A stretch of DNA of 62,914 bases, taken from positions 1-62,914 of the forward strand of contig JAIPBX010000004.1 in assembly GCA_021738485.1 (NCBI GenBank). The letters run 5' to 3'. The notes beneath the pieces are model-generated. The model worked only from the letters and a program-made list of their open reading frames with translations, was not told the DNA's origin and did not search any database. Positions within the stretch are counted from its first letter, which is position 1; each line of letters begins with the position of its first letter. The DNA comes from Bacteroidales bacterium. GTDB taxonomy: Bacteria > Bacteroidota > Bacteroidia > Bacteroidales > JAIPAH01. The position numbers and the translations under genes are program-made. This document shows positions 8,625-19,165 of this stretch, piece after piece.

Positions 8625-10601
8625 TTACTCCTTTTTGTCTGGACCTAAATTCAGATAATAATTGGCTTTTTTCATATTACCCTTCTTCTTGAAGTGCCGA
8701 TAAAGGTTTTTGTTCAATTGCTTGTTTCCGGGATTCAGCCGGGCGGCTTTTTCAAAATATGTGACCGCCTTGGTGGTATCGCCGCTTTGCAAGAGGAAGT
8801 TGCCCATGTTAAAATAAGCCTCGGCATTATCGGGCTGAAATTCAAGAATTTTTTTATTCCACCGTAAGGCTTTCTCCAAGCTGTCCTGCTTGAAAGCCAT
8901 CTTACTGATCCTCGAATGTACACCTACATGTTCCGGTCTGAATTCCAGGTATTTCTTATAATATTTTTCGGCTTTTTGGTATTTCTTATGCGTATGATTT
9001 AAATAGCCCAGGTTATAATAAGCTTTTTGTAAATCAGGATTGATATTAATAGCCTTATTAAAAAGTTTTCGGGCCATAGGATAATTGTCTTTAACGACCA
9101 TATAAATCTCACCTAACTGGTTCCAAGCCTGGAAATAATCCGGATAGATTTCAATGGCCCGCTTAAAGTGCTTCACCATTAACTGAATTTTAGGCTGACC
9201 CTCTTTTTTATTGTAAGTCTTATTTGTCACCACATTGTTTTTCAGGGTCAAGCCATAGAGAAAATTAGCTTTCGCTGATTTATCCAGATGCGAAATATCA
9301 CTTTGAATCAATGTAAGCTGATCCTTCCAGTCTGTGTTTCTTGCTATCGTCTTCACCGTGGCCGGAATCAGTATAATAAGGGATAACCCTATCAAAGCAT
9401 ACTCTTTTTTCTCCTTCAGATATTTATGAAAAGGATTGCTTTTAGCGATCCTGAAAAGAAGATATACCACGCCAATACTTAATGCCAGTACCGGCGCAAA
9501 TAAAAACCTTTCGGCGACAATCCCCATTACAGGCTTCACCATATTAGCATAGATAGAAATAGTAATAAAGTAAAAAAGGATAGCAAAGGAAAGCAGCTTC
9601 TTCTTCCTGATTGTATAAATGGCATAAGCCAACAATGCCAAATGGATTACAATAGATATAATCACCTCCGGTTGGGCAAAATTCACGATCGGCAATTCAT
9701 TATATCCATAGTAAAAAAGCAGCGGATGAGGATAGAGCAATTTCCCGAGGTAAAACAACAATACTGAGAAGCCGGTAGAAATATGCAGCCATTTGTTATT
9801 TTCAAAGAGCAGGGGATTCTCAATCAGCAAAGTCTCCCTTTCAGGCGAAGGGAGGAATAGCATGCGCGGAACAAAGCGGGCAATAATCACAATCACCAAA
9901 GCTCCAGCTGTTATTAACACCAGACGGCGGACATTCACATCCCGGAAAAAATATAACACCAGAGGAAAAACAGCGAGATAAACCATGGCCGACGCTTTCG
10001 ACAGATAGGCCAGCAGGAAAAACAGCAGTCCTATCAGAAGTTGCTTTAGCTTTCGGAAATCATAATATTTCAAAAATGCGCCAAGCGCCAAAAAAGCAAA
10101 AAGAAAAGCCAGCAGTTCATCCCGGTTTTTCAAGCTGCTCACCACCTCCGTATGGACCGGATGGGCGGCGAATATAAGGACTACCAAAAGCGGAAATAAT
10201 CTGTTATAGTCTTTCAACAATTTGCTAAGCAACTGAAAAAGCACTAAAAGTACCAGCGCATACAAAACAAGGTTGATAAAATGGCTGACATGAGGTGCAT
10301 TGCCAAAAACCTCGTTTTCAATGGCGAATGTGGTCTTAACAATAGGGCGATACCCAAAGCGCATATCGCTTCCATCATCAGCCTGAACATTAGCATAGAG
10401 GGAAGTAAATATTTCAGGGATACCACTTATTCCTTCATTCACCTGGGGGTTATTATCCGTAACGTAGACATCATCCAGGGAGTAATTGTTAGGGATCGTA
10501 TTTCCATATAGAATGAATGCAAAAGCCACAATCATAAAGAAAGCCCATGTTTTCCAGGTTAATACCGGTTTTGTTACTCGTTTCTTGCTCATTGTATCCA
10601 T
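8625..10601 (-). CDS. TMTC-like GT-C membrane glycosyltransferase with C-terminal TPRs
   Basis: First loop YSLDD, YRPI, SHFINLVLY, FAAHPVHTEVVSSLKNRDELL, SKAS, VAERFLF, RNTDWKD, then several TPR repeats; this is the TMTC/DUF1736 architecture. Confidence 0.75.
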   Translation of the reverse strand: MDTMSKKRVTKPVLTWKTWAFFMIVAFAFILYGNTIPNNYSLDDVYVTDNNPQVNEGISGIPEIFTSLYANVQADDGSDMRFGYRPIVKTTFAIENEVFGNAPHVSHFINLVLYALVLLVLFQLLSKLLKDYNRLFPLLVVLIFAAHPVHTEVVSSLKNRDELLAFLFAFLALGAFLKYYDFRKLKQLLIGLLFFLLAYLSKASAMVYLAVFPLVLYFFRDVNVRRLVLITAGALVIVIIARFVPRMLFLPSPERETLLIENPLLFENNKWLHISTGFSVLLFYLGKLLYPHPLLFYYGYNELPIVNFAQPEVIISIVIHLALLAYAIYTIRKKKLLSFAILFYFITISIYANMVKPVMGIVAERFLFAPVLALSIGVVYLLFRIAKSNPFHKYLKEKKEYALIGLSLIILIPATVKTIARNTDWKDQLTLIQSDISHLDKSAKANFLYGLTLKNNVVTNKTYNKKEGQPKIQLMVKHFKRAIEIYPDYFQAWNQLGEIYMVVKDNYPMARKLFNKAININPDLQKAYYNLGYLNHTHKKYQKAEKYYKKYLEFRPEHVGVHSRISKMAFKQDSLEKALRWNKKILEFQPDNAEAYFNMGNFLLQSGDTTKAVTYFEKAARLNPGNKQLNKNLYRHFKKKGNMKKANYYLNLGPDKKE

Positions 10602-13226
10602 CTATTTATCGCTGATTAATTTCTTTATTTCATTTAGTTTCATCAATGCTTCCACCGGTGTCAATGTATTGACATCGGTATTAAGAATGTCGTCCCTGAT
10701 TTGTTCCAGCAGCGGATCATTGAGTTGGATAAAACTCAACTGGTAATCATCTGCTACCGTTTGCTCTTGCTTCTCCGAGGTAAGTTTATTATCCGCATGC
10801 GACTCTTCCAGTTTCCTGAGGAGCTTCTCGGCTCGCTCCAGAACGGACTGAGGCATCCCGGCCATCTTAGCCACATGGATCCCAAAACTGTGAGCACTGC
10901 CTCCTGGTTTAAACTTGCGAAGGAAAAGAATTTTATTTTGCACCTCTTTGACCGAAATATGGTAATTCTTTATCCGTGGTAAACGCGACGCCATCTCATT
11001 TAACTCATGGTAATGGGTGGCAAACAAAACCTTGGGCTTGTACAGCGGATGTTCATGCAAATATTCGGCAATTGACCAAGCAATAGAGATGCCATCATAA
11101 GTACTGGTTCCCCGCCCGATTTCATCCAGAAGGATCAGGCTACGGTTAGAGATATTATTCAAAATGCTGGCTGTCTCATTCATCTCTACCATAAAAGTCG
11201 ATTCTCCGCTGGAGATGTTATCGGAAGCCCCCACACGCGTGAACAGCTTGTCAAACAGTCCCAGGCGGGCTTCTGTGGCAGGGACGAAACAACCCATCTG
11301 GGCTAGAAGAACAATCAGGGCGGTTTGCCTTAACAGGGCTGATTTTCCCGACATATTGGGCCCGGTAACGATAATAATTTGCTGGCTATCTTTGTCAAGA
11401 TAAACATCATTGGCCACATACTCCTCATCCTCGGGGAGCTGCCTTTCAATCACAGGATGGCGGGCCGCTTTAATATCCAAAACATAGGAATCATCTATCT
11501 GCGGTTTGGTGTAGCTTTGCCTATGCGACTGACGGGCAAAAGAAAGCAACACATCGAGCTTAGCAATCAGATTGGCGTTGAGCTGTATAGGCTCGATATA
11601 TTCTGCTACAGCAAATACTAATTCACGGAAAAGCTTCTCCTCCAGTTCCAGGATTTTATCCTCCGCCTCCAGGATTTTTTGTTCCAGCTCTTTCAGTTCC
11701 TCCGTGATATAGCGTTCGGAGCTTACCAGGGTCTGTTTGCGGTGCCATTCGGGGGGGACTTTATCCTTATAAATATTCCTTACTTCCAGGTAATAACCAA
11801 AGACGCTGTTATATCCAATCTTAAGAGAAGAAATCCCCGTATTTTTAATTTCCCTGCTTTTGATAGAATCCAGGTAATCCTTGCTGGAGGTGACCAGATT
11901 TCTGTATTCATCCAGCTCCGACGAAACCCCGTCAGCCATAACATTCCCTTTGCTGACCAAAGCAGGCGGTTCTTCCTTGATATGCTCGCCAATTTTTTTA
12001 GCAATGGAAGTGCAATCACTAAATTGTTGACCTATCTTTTGAAGCGCTTCATTATCCGATTTTTCGCAGAATTCTCTTACAGGGGCAATTTCATCGACAG
12101 CACTTTTCAGCTTAAGAATCTCCCGCGGGTTGATGCGACCTGTCGAGACTTTGGTGATCAGGCGTTCCAAATCCCCTATTTGATCAATACGCTGAGACAA
12201 ACTCTCCATCTCCTCCACGTTCTGCATGAAATATTCCACCATCGAAAGCCTTTCTTGTATGGCTTGTTTATGTTTCAGCGGAAAAATCATCCAGCGTTTC
12301 AATAAGCGCGAGCCCATGGGAGTGACTGTGTTATCAATAACACTCAACAAAGAAGCCCCCCCTTCGGCAGCAGGCTGAAAAAGCTCCAGGTTACGGATTG
12401 TAAACCGATCGAGCCACACATAATCATCTGCCTCAATCCGCGAGATTTTGGTAATATGTTTTACTTTATCATGATGGGTTTCCGCCAGGTAATGCAATAC
12501 GGCTCCGGCAGCTATAATCCCGTTTTCCTGCTTTTCCACACCGAAACCTTTCAAAGAGGTGACTTCAAAATGCTTTAACAATAAATCCCTGCCAAAATCT
12601 ATCGTAAAGACCCAATCATCAAACGTCTTTGTAAGATACTTGTCACCGAATAATTCAAAAAAACGCTCTCTTTTATCTTTTTGCACAATCACTTCCGAAG
12701 GATTAAACGACTGGATCAACTTATCGATATAATCAAGGCTTCCTTCCGCCAGGTAAAATTCTCCTGTCGATACATCTAAAAAGGAAATACCTGCATACTC
12801 TGTACTTAAATGAAGACTGGCCAAAAAATTATTCTCCTTATTTTCAAGGACCTGGTCATTGTAGGCTACCCCGGGAGTTACCAATTCCGTCACACCCCTT
12901 TTCACTATCTTTTTAGCTTGCCTGGGGTCTTCCAGTTGATCACATATAGCCACTCTTTCGCCGGCGCGGACCAACTTAGGCAAATAACTTTCCAGTGCAT
13001 GATGCGGAAAGCCGGCGAGGTCTACCTGTGAAGCCGCCCCGTTGGAGCGTTTGGTTAGAATGATCCCCAATATCCTGGCGGTTTTATGCGCATCCTCACC
13101 AAAGGTTTCATAAAAATCTCCTACACGAAACAATAATAAAGCATCCGGATATTTGGATTTTACCGAATAATATTGTTTCATCAAAGGCGTTTCCGTGATA
13201 TCGGTTTTTTCCGTTTTCTTAGCCAA
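10602..13226 (-). CDS. mutS: DNA mismatch repair protein MutS
   Basis: [15 protein letters not shown], Walker [33 protein letters not shown]; TTG start. Confidence 0.98.
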   Translation of the reverse strand: MAKKTEKTDITETPLMKQYYSVKSKYPDALLLFRVGDFYETFGEDAHKTARILGIILTKRSNGAASQVDLAGFPHHALESYLPKLVRAGERVAICDQLEDPRQAKKIVKRGVTELVTPGVAYNDQVLENKENNFLASLHLSTEYAGISFLDVSTGEFYLAEGSLDYIDKLIQSFNPSEVIVQKDKRERFFELFGDKYLTKTFDDWVFTIDFGRDLLLKHFEVTSLKGFGVEKQENGIIAAGAVLHYLAETHHDKVKHITKISRIEADDYVWLDRFTIRNLELFQPAAEGGASLLSVIDNTVTPMGSRLLKRWMIFPLKHKQAIQERLSMVEYFMQNVEEMESLSQRIDQIGDLERLITKVSTGRINPREILKLKSAVDEIAPVREFCEKSDNEALQKIGQQFSDCTSIAKKIGEHIKEEPPALVSKGNVMADGVSSELDEYRNLVTSSKDYLDSIKSREIKNTGISSLKIGYNSVFGYYLEVRNIYKDKVPPEWHRKQTLVSSERYITEELKELEQKILEAEDKILELEEKLFRELVFAVAEYIEPIQLNANLIAKLDVLLSFARQSHRQSYTKPQIDDSYVLDIKAARHPVIERQLPEDEEYVANDVYLDKDSQQIIIVTGPNMSGKSALLRQTALIVLLAQMGCFVPATEARLGLFDKLFTRVGASDNISSGESTFMVEMNETASILNNISNRSLILLDEIGRGTSTYDGISIAWSIAEYLHEHPLYKPKVLFATHYHELNEMASRLPRIKNYHISVKEVQNKILFLRKFKPGGSAHSFGIHVAKMAGMPQSVLERAEKLLRKLEESHADNKLTSEKQEQTVADDYQLSFIQLNDPLLEQIRDDILNTDVNTLTPVEALMKLNEIKKLISDK

Positions 13227-13245
13227 GGCTTCCTATTTTGATCCA

Positions 13246-13253
13246 CAAAGTTA
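13246..13253 (-). promoter_or_regulatory. -7 promoter box (TAACTTTG) of mutS; divergent TATTTTTG at 13314-13321 serves the methylase
   Basis: Exact TAnnTTTG boxes about 20 bp upstream of each start. Confidence 0.55.
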
Positions 13254-13342
13254 AAATTATAAATGAAAGATCAACCGTTGGTAAACCACCTGATTTTATT
13301 GGTGGGTATTCCTTATTTTTGCATCATCAAAACCAACAAACC

Positions 13343-13885
13343 ATGCGCAAACTGGAAAATCGTGAACTGAATCGTTTATCGGTGGAAGAATTCAAAAAAA
13401 AACCTAAAAATCCTGTTGTGATAGTTCTGGAGAATATTCGCAGCGCCAATAACGTAGGTTCCACATTTCGTACCGCCGATGCTTTTTTGGCTGCATCGAT
13501 ACACATTTGTGGTATCACACCTTACCCCCCTAACCGGGATATCCAAAAAACAGCTATTGGTGCAACACAGACGGTTTCATGGAGATATTTCTCATCAGCA
13601 TACGAATCTTTAAAAACCCTCCGGGAGCAGAGCTACAGCATATTCGCGGTAGAGCAATGCGAAGAAAGCAAATCATTAAGTGATTTTCAGGTCACATCTT
13701 CACAAAATACAGCTTTCATTTTCGGAAATGAGGTATCTGGCGTATCACAGGAAATTATTGATATGTGCGACGGATGCCTGGAAATACCTCAATGGGGGAC
13801 AAAACATTCTCTGAATATTTCCGTAAGCGTGGGAGTCGTTTTATGGGAATATGTCAGCCAGGTTAATCACCTTGCAAAAAAGTAA
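13343..13885 (+). CDS. TrmH/SpoU family RNA methyltransferase
   Basis: LENIRSANNVGSTFRTADAF, FGNEVSGV, EIPQWGTKHSLNISVS SPOUT motifs; start moved to ATG 13343, downstream of the promoter box. Confidence 0.9.
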   Translation: MRKLENRELNRLSVEEFKKKPKNPVVIVLENIRSANNVGSTFRTADAFLAASIHICGITPYPPNRDIQKTAIGATQTVSWRYFSSAYESLKTLREQSYSIFAVEQCEESKSLSDFQVTSSQNTAFIFGNEVSGVSQEIIDMCDGCLEIPQWGTKHSLNISVSVGVVLWEYVSQVNHLAKK

Positions 13886-14574
13886 GCCACTCCCAGGGAA
13901 TAAAACCCAAAAAAATCATTACCAAATTCTCTGTCCCGGTAACTATCAACCATATCACTCCCGGTGAAATGTACTCCCCCGTTAAGCGTCAGGTAATATC
14001 TGTCTTTTGCCCGTTGCCAGAAAGCCGGATCTTTTTTATTTAATTTAAACATCACGGTAAGCTCAATGGGGAAGGTCCCCACACTTCCGGAAGATTTTCC
14101 CATTTCATAATTATCCGGATTCAATTCCACCACTCTGCTCTCTTCAAATTTTTTTAGGTCTGTAGTATAATAAAGCCTTCCGTACCCAAAATCAAAAAAT
14201 ACCTTTAACCGATTAGCCAACCGTTCGGATAAATTATCGTCAATAACTCTCTGAAAAGAGAGTTTTATAATTGCCGAAACCTCAGAATTATTCCCCAGAA
14301 AGCGCAGGTTTTTTTCAGGATGCGAACCGGCAAGCAATGAATAATTATACCCGAATTGAAGACCGGTAACCTCATTCAAAAAGAAACCCAGCTTAAATTG
14401 TCCGCCAGGCTGAATTTCAGAATATTCCATTGTAGAAGGTGCAAAATCATATCGTTTTACATCCCCGTATGTGATACTCATACCTGCATCAATCTCCGCA
14501 AAGGCTCCATAATATTTTTGCCCCTGGAGTAAAGACGTTAAACACAAAAAAATAAAGGTTATAAAATATCTCAC
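13867..14574 (-). CDS. Outer-membrane beta-barrel protein (OmpA N-domain-like), hypothetical
   Basis: Signal peptide, alternating aromatic beta-strands, YGDV and SDMVDS motifs, C-terminal YSLGVAYFF. Confidence 0.6.
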   Translation of the reverse strand: MRYFITFIFLCLTSLLQGQKYYGAFAEIDAGMSITYGDVKRYDFAPSTMEYSEIQPGGQFKLGFFLNEVTGLQFGYNYSLLAGSHPEKNLRFLGNNSEVSAIIKLSFQRVIDDNLSERLANRLKVFFDFGYGRLYYTTDLKKFEESRVVELNPDNYEMGKSSGSVGTFPIELTVMFKLNKKDPAFWQRAKDRYYLTLNGGVHFTGSDMVDSYRDREFGNDFFGFYSLGVAYFFAR

Positions 14575-14643
14575 GCACTAAAAAATTTTTATAAAAACAT
14601 TAATGAACTTGATTATGTTTTATGATTGTATTCGTTATTTTTT

Positions 14644-14651
14644 TAAATTTG
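14644..14651 (+). promoter_or_regulatory. -7 promoter box (TAAATTTG) upstream of the barrel-TPR gene
   Basis: Exact TAnnTTTG in an AT-rich intergenic region. Confidence 0.45.
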
Positions 14652-14765
14652 TTACATAAAGGAAAATTTTTTTTATATTTAAATTTTATTATAAAAGACA
14701 TATTAACTTCAGGAATACTAAACAGAAAATTACGAACCTTAAAAAATTATAAAAACCACATCACT

Positions 14766-17237
14766 ATGAAAAAGTCAAGTTTTACGATTAAAGGAACGGC
14801 AACAGTAATCATGTTATTACTTATGCCGATTTTATTTTTCGGACAAAATCAAGGAAATAATAAAAGCAACTCATTTGCCAGACATTGGTATATTTCACTG
14901 AATGGTGGCATATCTCAATTCTGGGGAGATGTTCAAGACCAAAATCCTTTTGAAAAAATTTCTGAAGATAAGTTCATGGGCGGTTTAGCCATAGGACACC
15001 AATTCTCACCTGTATTTGGACTGAGAGGAAATGTGCAATACGGCTCACTATACAGTACTAAATATAAAGACATCTCACCGGATTACGAAATGGAAGCTTC
15101 TCCATTATTAGATTACAGCCTTCAGGCAACCGTCAGCTTAGTAAATCTTTTCTCTGATTATAACCCTGACAGAAAGCTGGACTTGTATGGCTTTGCCGGT
15201 TTGGGCTTTTCTAACTGGGAAACCGAATGGCGAAACAAAAATACCGGACAGGTATTAGGTTCCAATGGTGGCGTTGATGCGTCCAGTGGACTTTTCGGAT
15301 TAACCACCGAAGGTTATATCCCCGTAGGAGCAGGCCTGTCCTATAAATTGAACGATACTTTTACCCTCGGCTTAGAACAGTTATGGAATGGTGTAAATAC
15401 AGATATTCTCGATGCTCAAGAAGGCGGTTTTGATTATGATATCTACTCCAATACGCGCCTTAACCTGAAAATGAATGTAGGTCAATTTGGTGGCTTGGGT
15501 AAGATGGTTCGCAATTTCGACCAGGTGGATTATGATGTGAAACCCGAAGTAGTAGAGCGACACGGGGATGAAGTAAAATTCACCCTCAGTGGCAATATTC
15601 CGGAAAACTATTTCAGCTCTAAAGCCGCGATGAAGATTCGTCCAAAAGTGGTCTACAACGATGAAGCAAAAGAATTAGAGCCTGTTTTCCTGCGTGGTGA
15701 AAAAGTAAGTGGCGATGGTAAAATTATCACTTCAGACGGAGGCACATTCTCAAAAGATTATTCCTATCAGTTTAAAGAGGGCATGGAAGATGCCGAAATC
15801 AAAATAGAAACAATGGCCTTTCTCCCAAAAGGGAATCCGGTGAATGAAGACGCCACAAACAACAACATTAAGGAAAACTATAAATCTGAAATGCTCCCCG
15901 AAAGGAAGCTTGCCGATGGAACCATTGTTACTGGGCAACGAATCGTATTTGAGCCAAGCAAAGCCTCAAACAAAGCCATGGAAAACGTCAATTCGCCGGA
16001 GTATGGCTTATTAGCAAAGCATGGCTACGAAAAAGAAACGATTATTTCTGATAAGGCTACAGTCTATTTCAAAATTAACCTGGCTTATCTCAACTGGAGA
16101 CTCCCGCTGAACGTTAACCGGAATGCCAAAGAAGACGTAGACAAATTAAAGCAGTTTTTGGATAAAGGATGGAAAATCAAAAATATAGAACTGAATGCAT
16201 GGGCTTCACCGGAAGGACCTGTTGACTTTAACTCAAAACTGTCAAAAGACAGAGCTGAAAAAGGAATGGACATCCTTGAAGGTTTGTTTGACGATCTTGG
16301 TATGGACATGGAAGAAGTAACTATTGATAAACAATCCAAGGGTGAAGATTGGAACGGTTTTATGGATGCAGTGGAAAAATCCAATATTGAAGATAAAGAC
16401 ATTATCCTTAATGTTGTGCGTTCACAGCCAAACCTGAAAAAGCGAGAGCAGGAAATAAGAAATATGTCGATAGTGTATAAAGAAGTAGAAGAAAAAATTC
16501 TTCCTCCTTTACGTAGGGTTGAGATGAAAGTTAACAGTTTCGAGCCCAAGCACACTGACGAAGAAATAGCACAAATGGCTATGGATGACGCCGAGTCGCT
16601 CGAGAAAAATGAGTTGCTCTATTCGGCCACACTGCATGACGATATCGACAAAAAACTTGAAATCTATAATAAGGCTAAAGAGCTATTCCCCGAATGCGCC
16701 AGGGCTTATAACAATGCCGGCCACATTTACATGATGAAAGGGGAATACGATAAGGCTAAAACAGATTTACAAAAAGCAGAAAATATTGCACCTGAACATG
16801 GCGGAGTACTGAATAATCTTGGTATCGTTGCGGCGATAGAAGGTGATTGGGATAAAGCTGAAGAGTACTTTACAAAAGCCCGCGAGCAAGGTGTCAACAC
16901 AAGCTACTACATGGGCGTTCTCAACATCGCTAATGGCAAATATGATAAAGCCCTGCAGCAAATGAAGCGCAAAGATTGCGATTACAATGTAGCCCTCGCG
17001 CAGATGGTATCAGGCAATACCGGTAAAGCAGTTTCTACACTTGAGTGTGTGCCTGAAAGCGCAGAAAAGCATTATCTTATGGCAGTTGCCGGAGCACGGC
17101 AAGACAATAAGGACATGGCTTTTGAGAATCTTGTGAAAGCAGTTAAAGCCGACCCTTCATATAAAAAGACGGCTAAAACAGACAAAGAATTTATAGAATA
17201 CTTTGATATGCCTGACTTTAAAAGCCTTGTAAAATAA
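14766..17237 (+). CDS. OM beta-barrel fused to OmpA-like/TPR periplasmic module
   Basis: Start moved to ATG 14766 (MKKSSF, signal peptide). N-terminal barrel (HQFSPVFGLRG, DILDA), then PEVVERHGDEV...AWASPEG...GEDWNGF...ILPPLRR and TPRs, paralogous to 17373-19106. Confidence 0.75.
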   Translation: MKKSSFTIKGTATVIMLLLMPILFFGQNQGNNKSNSFARHWYISLNGGISQFWGDVQDQNPFEKISEDKFMGGLAIGHQFSPVFGLRGNVQYGSLYSTKYKDISPDYEMEASPLLDYSLQATVSLVNLFSDYNPDRKLDLYGFAGLGFSNWETEWRNKNTGQVLGSNGGVDASSGLFGLTTEGYIPVGAGLSYKLNDTFTLGLEQLWNGVNTDILDAQEGGFDYDIYSNTRLNLKMNVGQFGGLGKMVRNFDQVDYDVKPEVVERHGDEVKFTLSGNIPENYFSSKAAMKIRPKVVYNDEAKELEPVFLRGEKVSGDGKIITSDGGTFSKDYSYQFKEGMEDAEIKIETMAFLPKGNPVNEDATNNNIKENYKSEMLPERKLADGTIVTGQRIVFEPSKASNKAMENVNSPEYGLLAKHGYEKETIISDKATVYFKINLAYLNWRLPLNVNRNAKEDVDKLKQFLDKGWKIKNIELNAWASPEGPVDFNSKLSKDRAEKGMDILEGLFDDLGMDMEEVTIDKQSKGEDWNGFMDAVEKSNIEDKDIILNVVRSQPNLKKREQEIRNMSIVYKEVEEKILPPLRRVEMKVNSFEPKHTDEEIAQMAMDDAESLEKNELLYSATLHDDIDKKLEIYNKAKELFPECARAYNNAGHIYMMKGEYDKAKTDLQKAENIAPEHGGVLNNLGIVAAIEGDWDKAEEYFTKAREQGVNTSYYMGVLNIANGKYDKALQQMKRKDCDYNVALAQMVSGNTGKAVSTLECVPESAEKHYLMAVAGARQDNKDMAFENLVKAVKADPSYKKTAKTDKEFIEYFDMPDFKSLVK

Positions 17238-17252
17238 TTGTACCTCAAAACT

Positions 17253-17290
17253 AAAAAAGACCGTCTCAAAATTGAGACGGTCTTTTTTTT
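17253..17290 (+). terminator. Intrinsic terminator
   Basis: AAAAAAGACCGTCTCAA-AA-TTGAGACGGTCTTTTTTTT: perfect stem plus U-tract. Confidence 0.85.
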
Positions 17291-17372
17291 GCCTCCCGCC
17301 ATTTCATTTTAATAAATCGCAATCTTTTCATAATTTCGTTCACTTGGAGTATTAACAAAAATCAAATTACAA

Positions 17373-19106
17373 ATGAAGCAATTGAAATTTATTGGATTAG
17401 TCCTGGCCATGGCGATGTTAAGTGGCTGTGGATTAAATCGCATGGTTAAGAATTATGAGGATGTAGATTATTCAGTGACTCCCGATGTATTGGAAAACAA
17501 AGGAGGCACAGTAAATTTAGAAGTCCAGGGATACATTCCCGAAAAATATTTTCATAAGAAAGCGGTTGTAGAAGTTCAACCCGTGCTTAAGTATGAAGGC
17601 GGCGAAAAGGAATTGGAAACTTTTACGCTGAAGGGAGAAAAAGCAGAAGCCAAGGGCAAAGTGATAAGTAAAAAAGAAGGAGGTTCTTTTACTTACGAAA
17701 CTTCTTTCGAGTACAAGCCGGCAATGGAAAACTCCACGCTTGTTGTTACCCCGGTTGCTTCACTGAGAGACAATTCCGAACAACTTGGTAAAACAAAACT
17801 TGCTGAAGGCATCATCATCACCAGCACCCGGATTAAGCATTCGGAGAAAGTGGCTATGGCCCCTCATAAGTATGAAAAAGAAACGATTGTTTCGAAAGAT
17901 GCCAATATCTATTTTGCACAAAACTTTGCTAACCTGAATTGGCGTTTGGACCTGAACAAACAAAAGAACACTAAAGAAAACCTTAAGAAACTCCAGGACT
18001 TTATTCGTAAAGGATGGGAAATCAAAAACATAAAACTTAACGCATGGGCTTCACCGGAAGGTGAACTGGATTTTAACGAAGAGCTTGCTGTGGATCGCTC
18101 AAAAACCGGTGAAAAATATATCACCAAAAAGCTCAATAAAATTGCCGGAGCAAAGGACAGTGAAGTACAATTCGAAAGCGCTGAAGACGTAGAGATAAAA
18201 ACCCAGGCGCGTGGGGAAGACTGGAATGGATTTATGGAAGCTGTCAAAAATAGTGATCTTGCCAAGAAAAACACCATTCTTAATGTCGTCCGTTCGCAAC
18301 CTAATCTTAAAAAGCGCGAGCAGGAAATACGGAATATGGCTATGGTTTACGAGGAAGTAGCTGAAAAAATCCTCCCCCCACTTCGCAGGGTGGAATTTTC
18401 TGTAAATAGCTATGAACCCAAATTCTCCGATAGTCAAATGAAAGACCTGGTCTTTTCTAACCCTGACACGTTGGAGGTCAACGAAATGCTCTATGCAGCC
18501 ACGCTTTTTGAGGAAAACAGCAAAAAGCTCGACATTTACAATACAATAATTAACAATTACCCGAATTGCTGGAGGGCTCACAATAATAAAGCAGCTATCT
18601 ATCTTCTTGAAGGTGATTTGGATAAGGCAGAGGCCAGTTTGGAAGACGCCAAAGGAACTGATATACCCGGGGAGGTTTACAAAAACCTTGGAGTACTGGC
18701 TTCTAAAAAAGGTGATTTCGATGAAGCTATCCAAATGTTTGAAAAAGCAGAGAAAAAAGGTATCCGCGCTAGCTACAATAAAGGAGTAGTTCATATTGTT
18801 AAAGGCCGGTTTGATAAAGCGAAGAGCCTGATGAATAGTGTTTCCTGCGACTACAATCTCGGGCTCGTTCAACTTATGCATGAAAATTATGACAAAGCGG
18901 AACAAACGCTTAAATGTGCTGATGAAGACGCAGCCGCACATTATCTCCTGGCTGTTGCAGGCGCCCGGCAAGACAATAAAGAGATGGTCACCAATCATCT
19001 CAAAAAAGCCGTTAAACTGGATTCGTCATTAAAAACTGAAGCAGCAGAAGACGCAGAATTTATCGACTATTATAACGATAGTGCATTTAAGGAAATAGTG
19101 AAATAG
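17373..19106 (+). CDS. TPR/OmpA-like lipoprotein
   Basis: Lipobox LSGC; PDVLENKGG, AWASPEG, GEDWNGF, ILPPLRR, C-terminal TPRs. Confidence 0.8.
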   Translation: MKQLKFIGLVLAMAMLSGCGLNRMVKNYEDVDYSVTPDVLENKGGTVNLEVQGYIPEKYFHKKAVVEVQPVLKYEGGEKELETFTLKGEKAEAKGKVISKKEGGSFTYETSFEYKPAMENSTLVVTPVASLRDNSEQLGKTKLAEGIIITSTRIKHSEKVAMAPHKYEKETIVSKDANIYFAQNFANLNWRLDLNKQKNTKENLKKLQDFIRKGWEIKNIKLNAWASPEGELDFNEELAVDRSKTGEKYITKKLNKIAGAKDSEVQFESAEDVEIKTQARGEDWNGFMEAVKNSDLAKKNTILNVVRSQPNLKKREQEIRNMAMVYEEVAEKILPPLRRVEFSVNSYEPKFSDSQMKDLVFSNPDTLEVNEMLYAATLFEENSKKLDIYNTIINNYPNCWRAHNNKAAIYLLEGDLDKAEASLEDAKGTDIPGEVYKNLGVLASKKGDFDEAIQMFEKAEKKGIRASYNKGVVHIVKGRFDKAKSLMNSVSCDYNLGLVQLMHENYDKAEQTLKCADEDAAAHYLLAVAGARQDNKEMVTNHLKKAVKLDSSLKTEAAEDAEFIDYYNDSAFKEIVK

Positions 19107-19129
19107 TGTGCTTGAAAAATCTCAAAAGT

Positions 19130-19165
19130 AAACTGCCCTTTGAAAATTCATAGGGCAGTTTTTTT
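19130..19165. terminator. Bidirectional intrinsic terminator
   Basis: AAACTGCCCT...AGGGCAGTTTTTTT between convergent genes. Confidence 0.75.

Noticed and set aside
18099-18998. Long antisense ORFs (also 33648-34571, 40110-40940, 41304-41975, 11679-12305, 35722-36420)
   Set aside because: They lie opposite well-supported genes, have no recognisable motifs, and show the Phe/Ile/Leu-rich composition of shadow frames.
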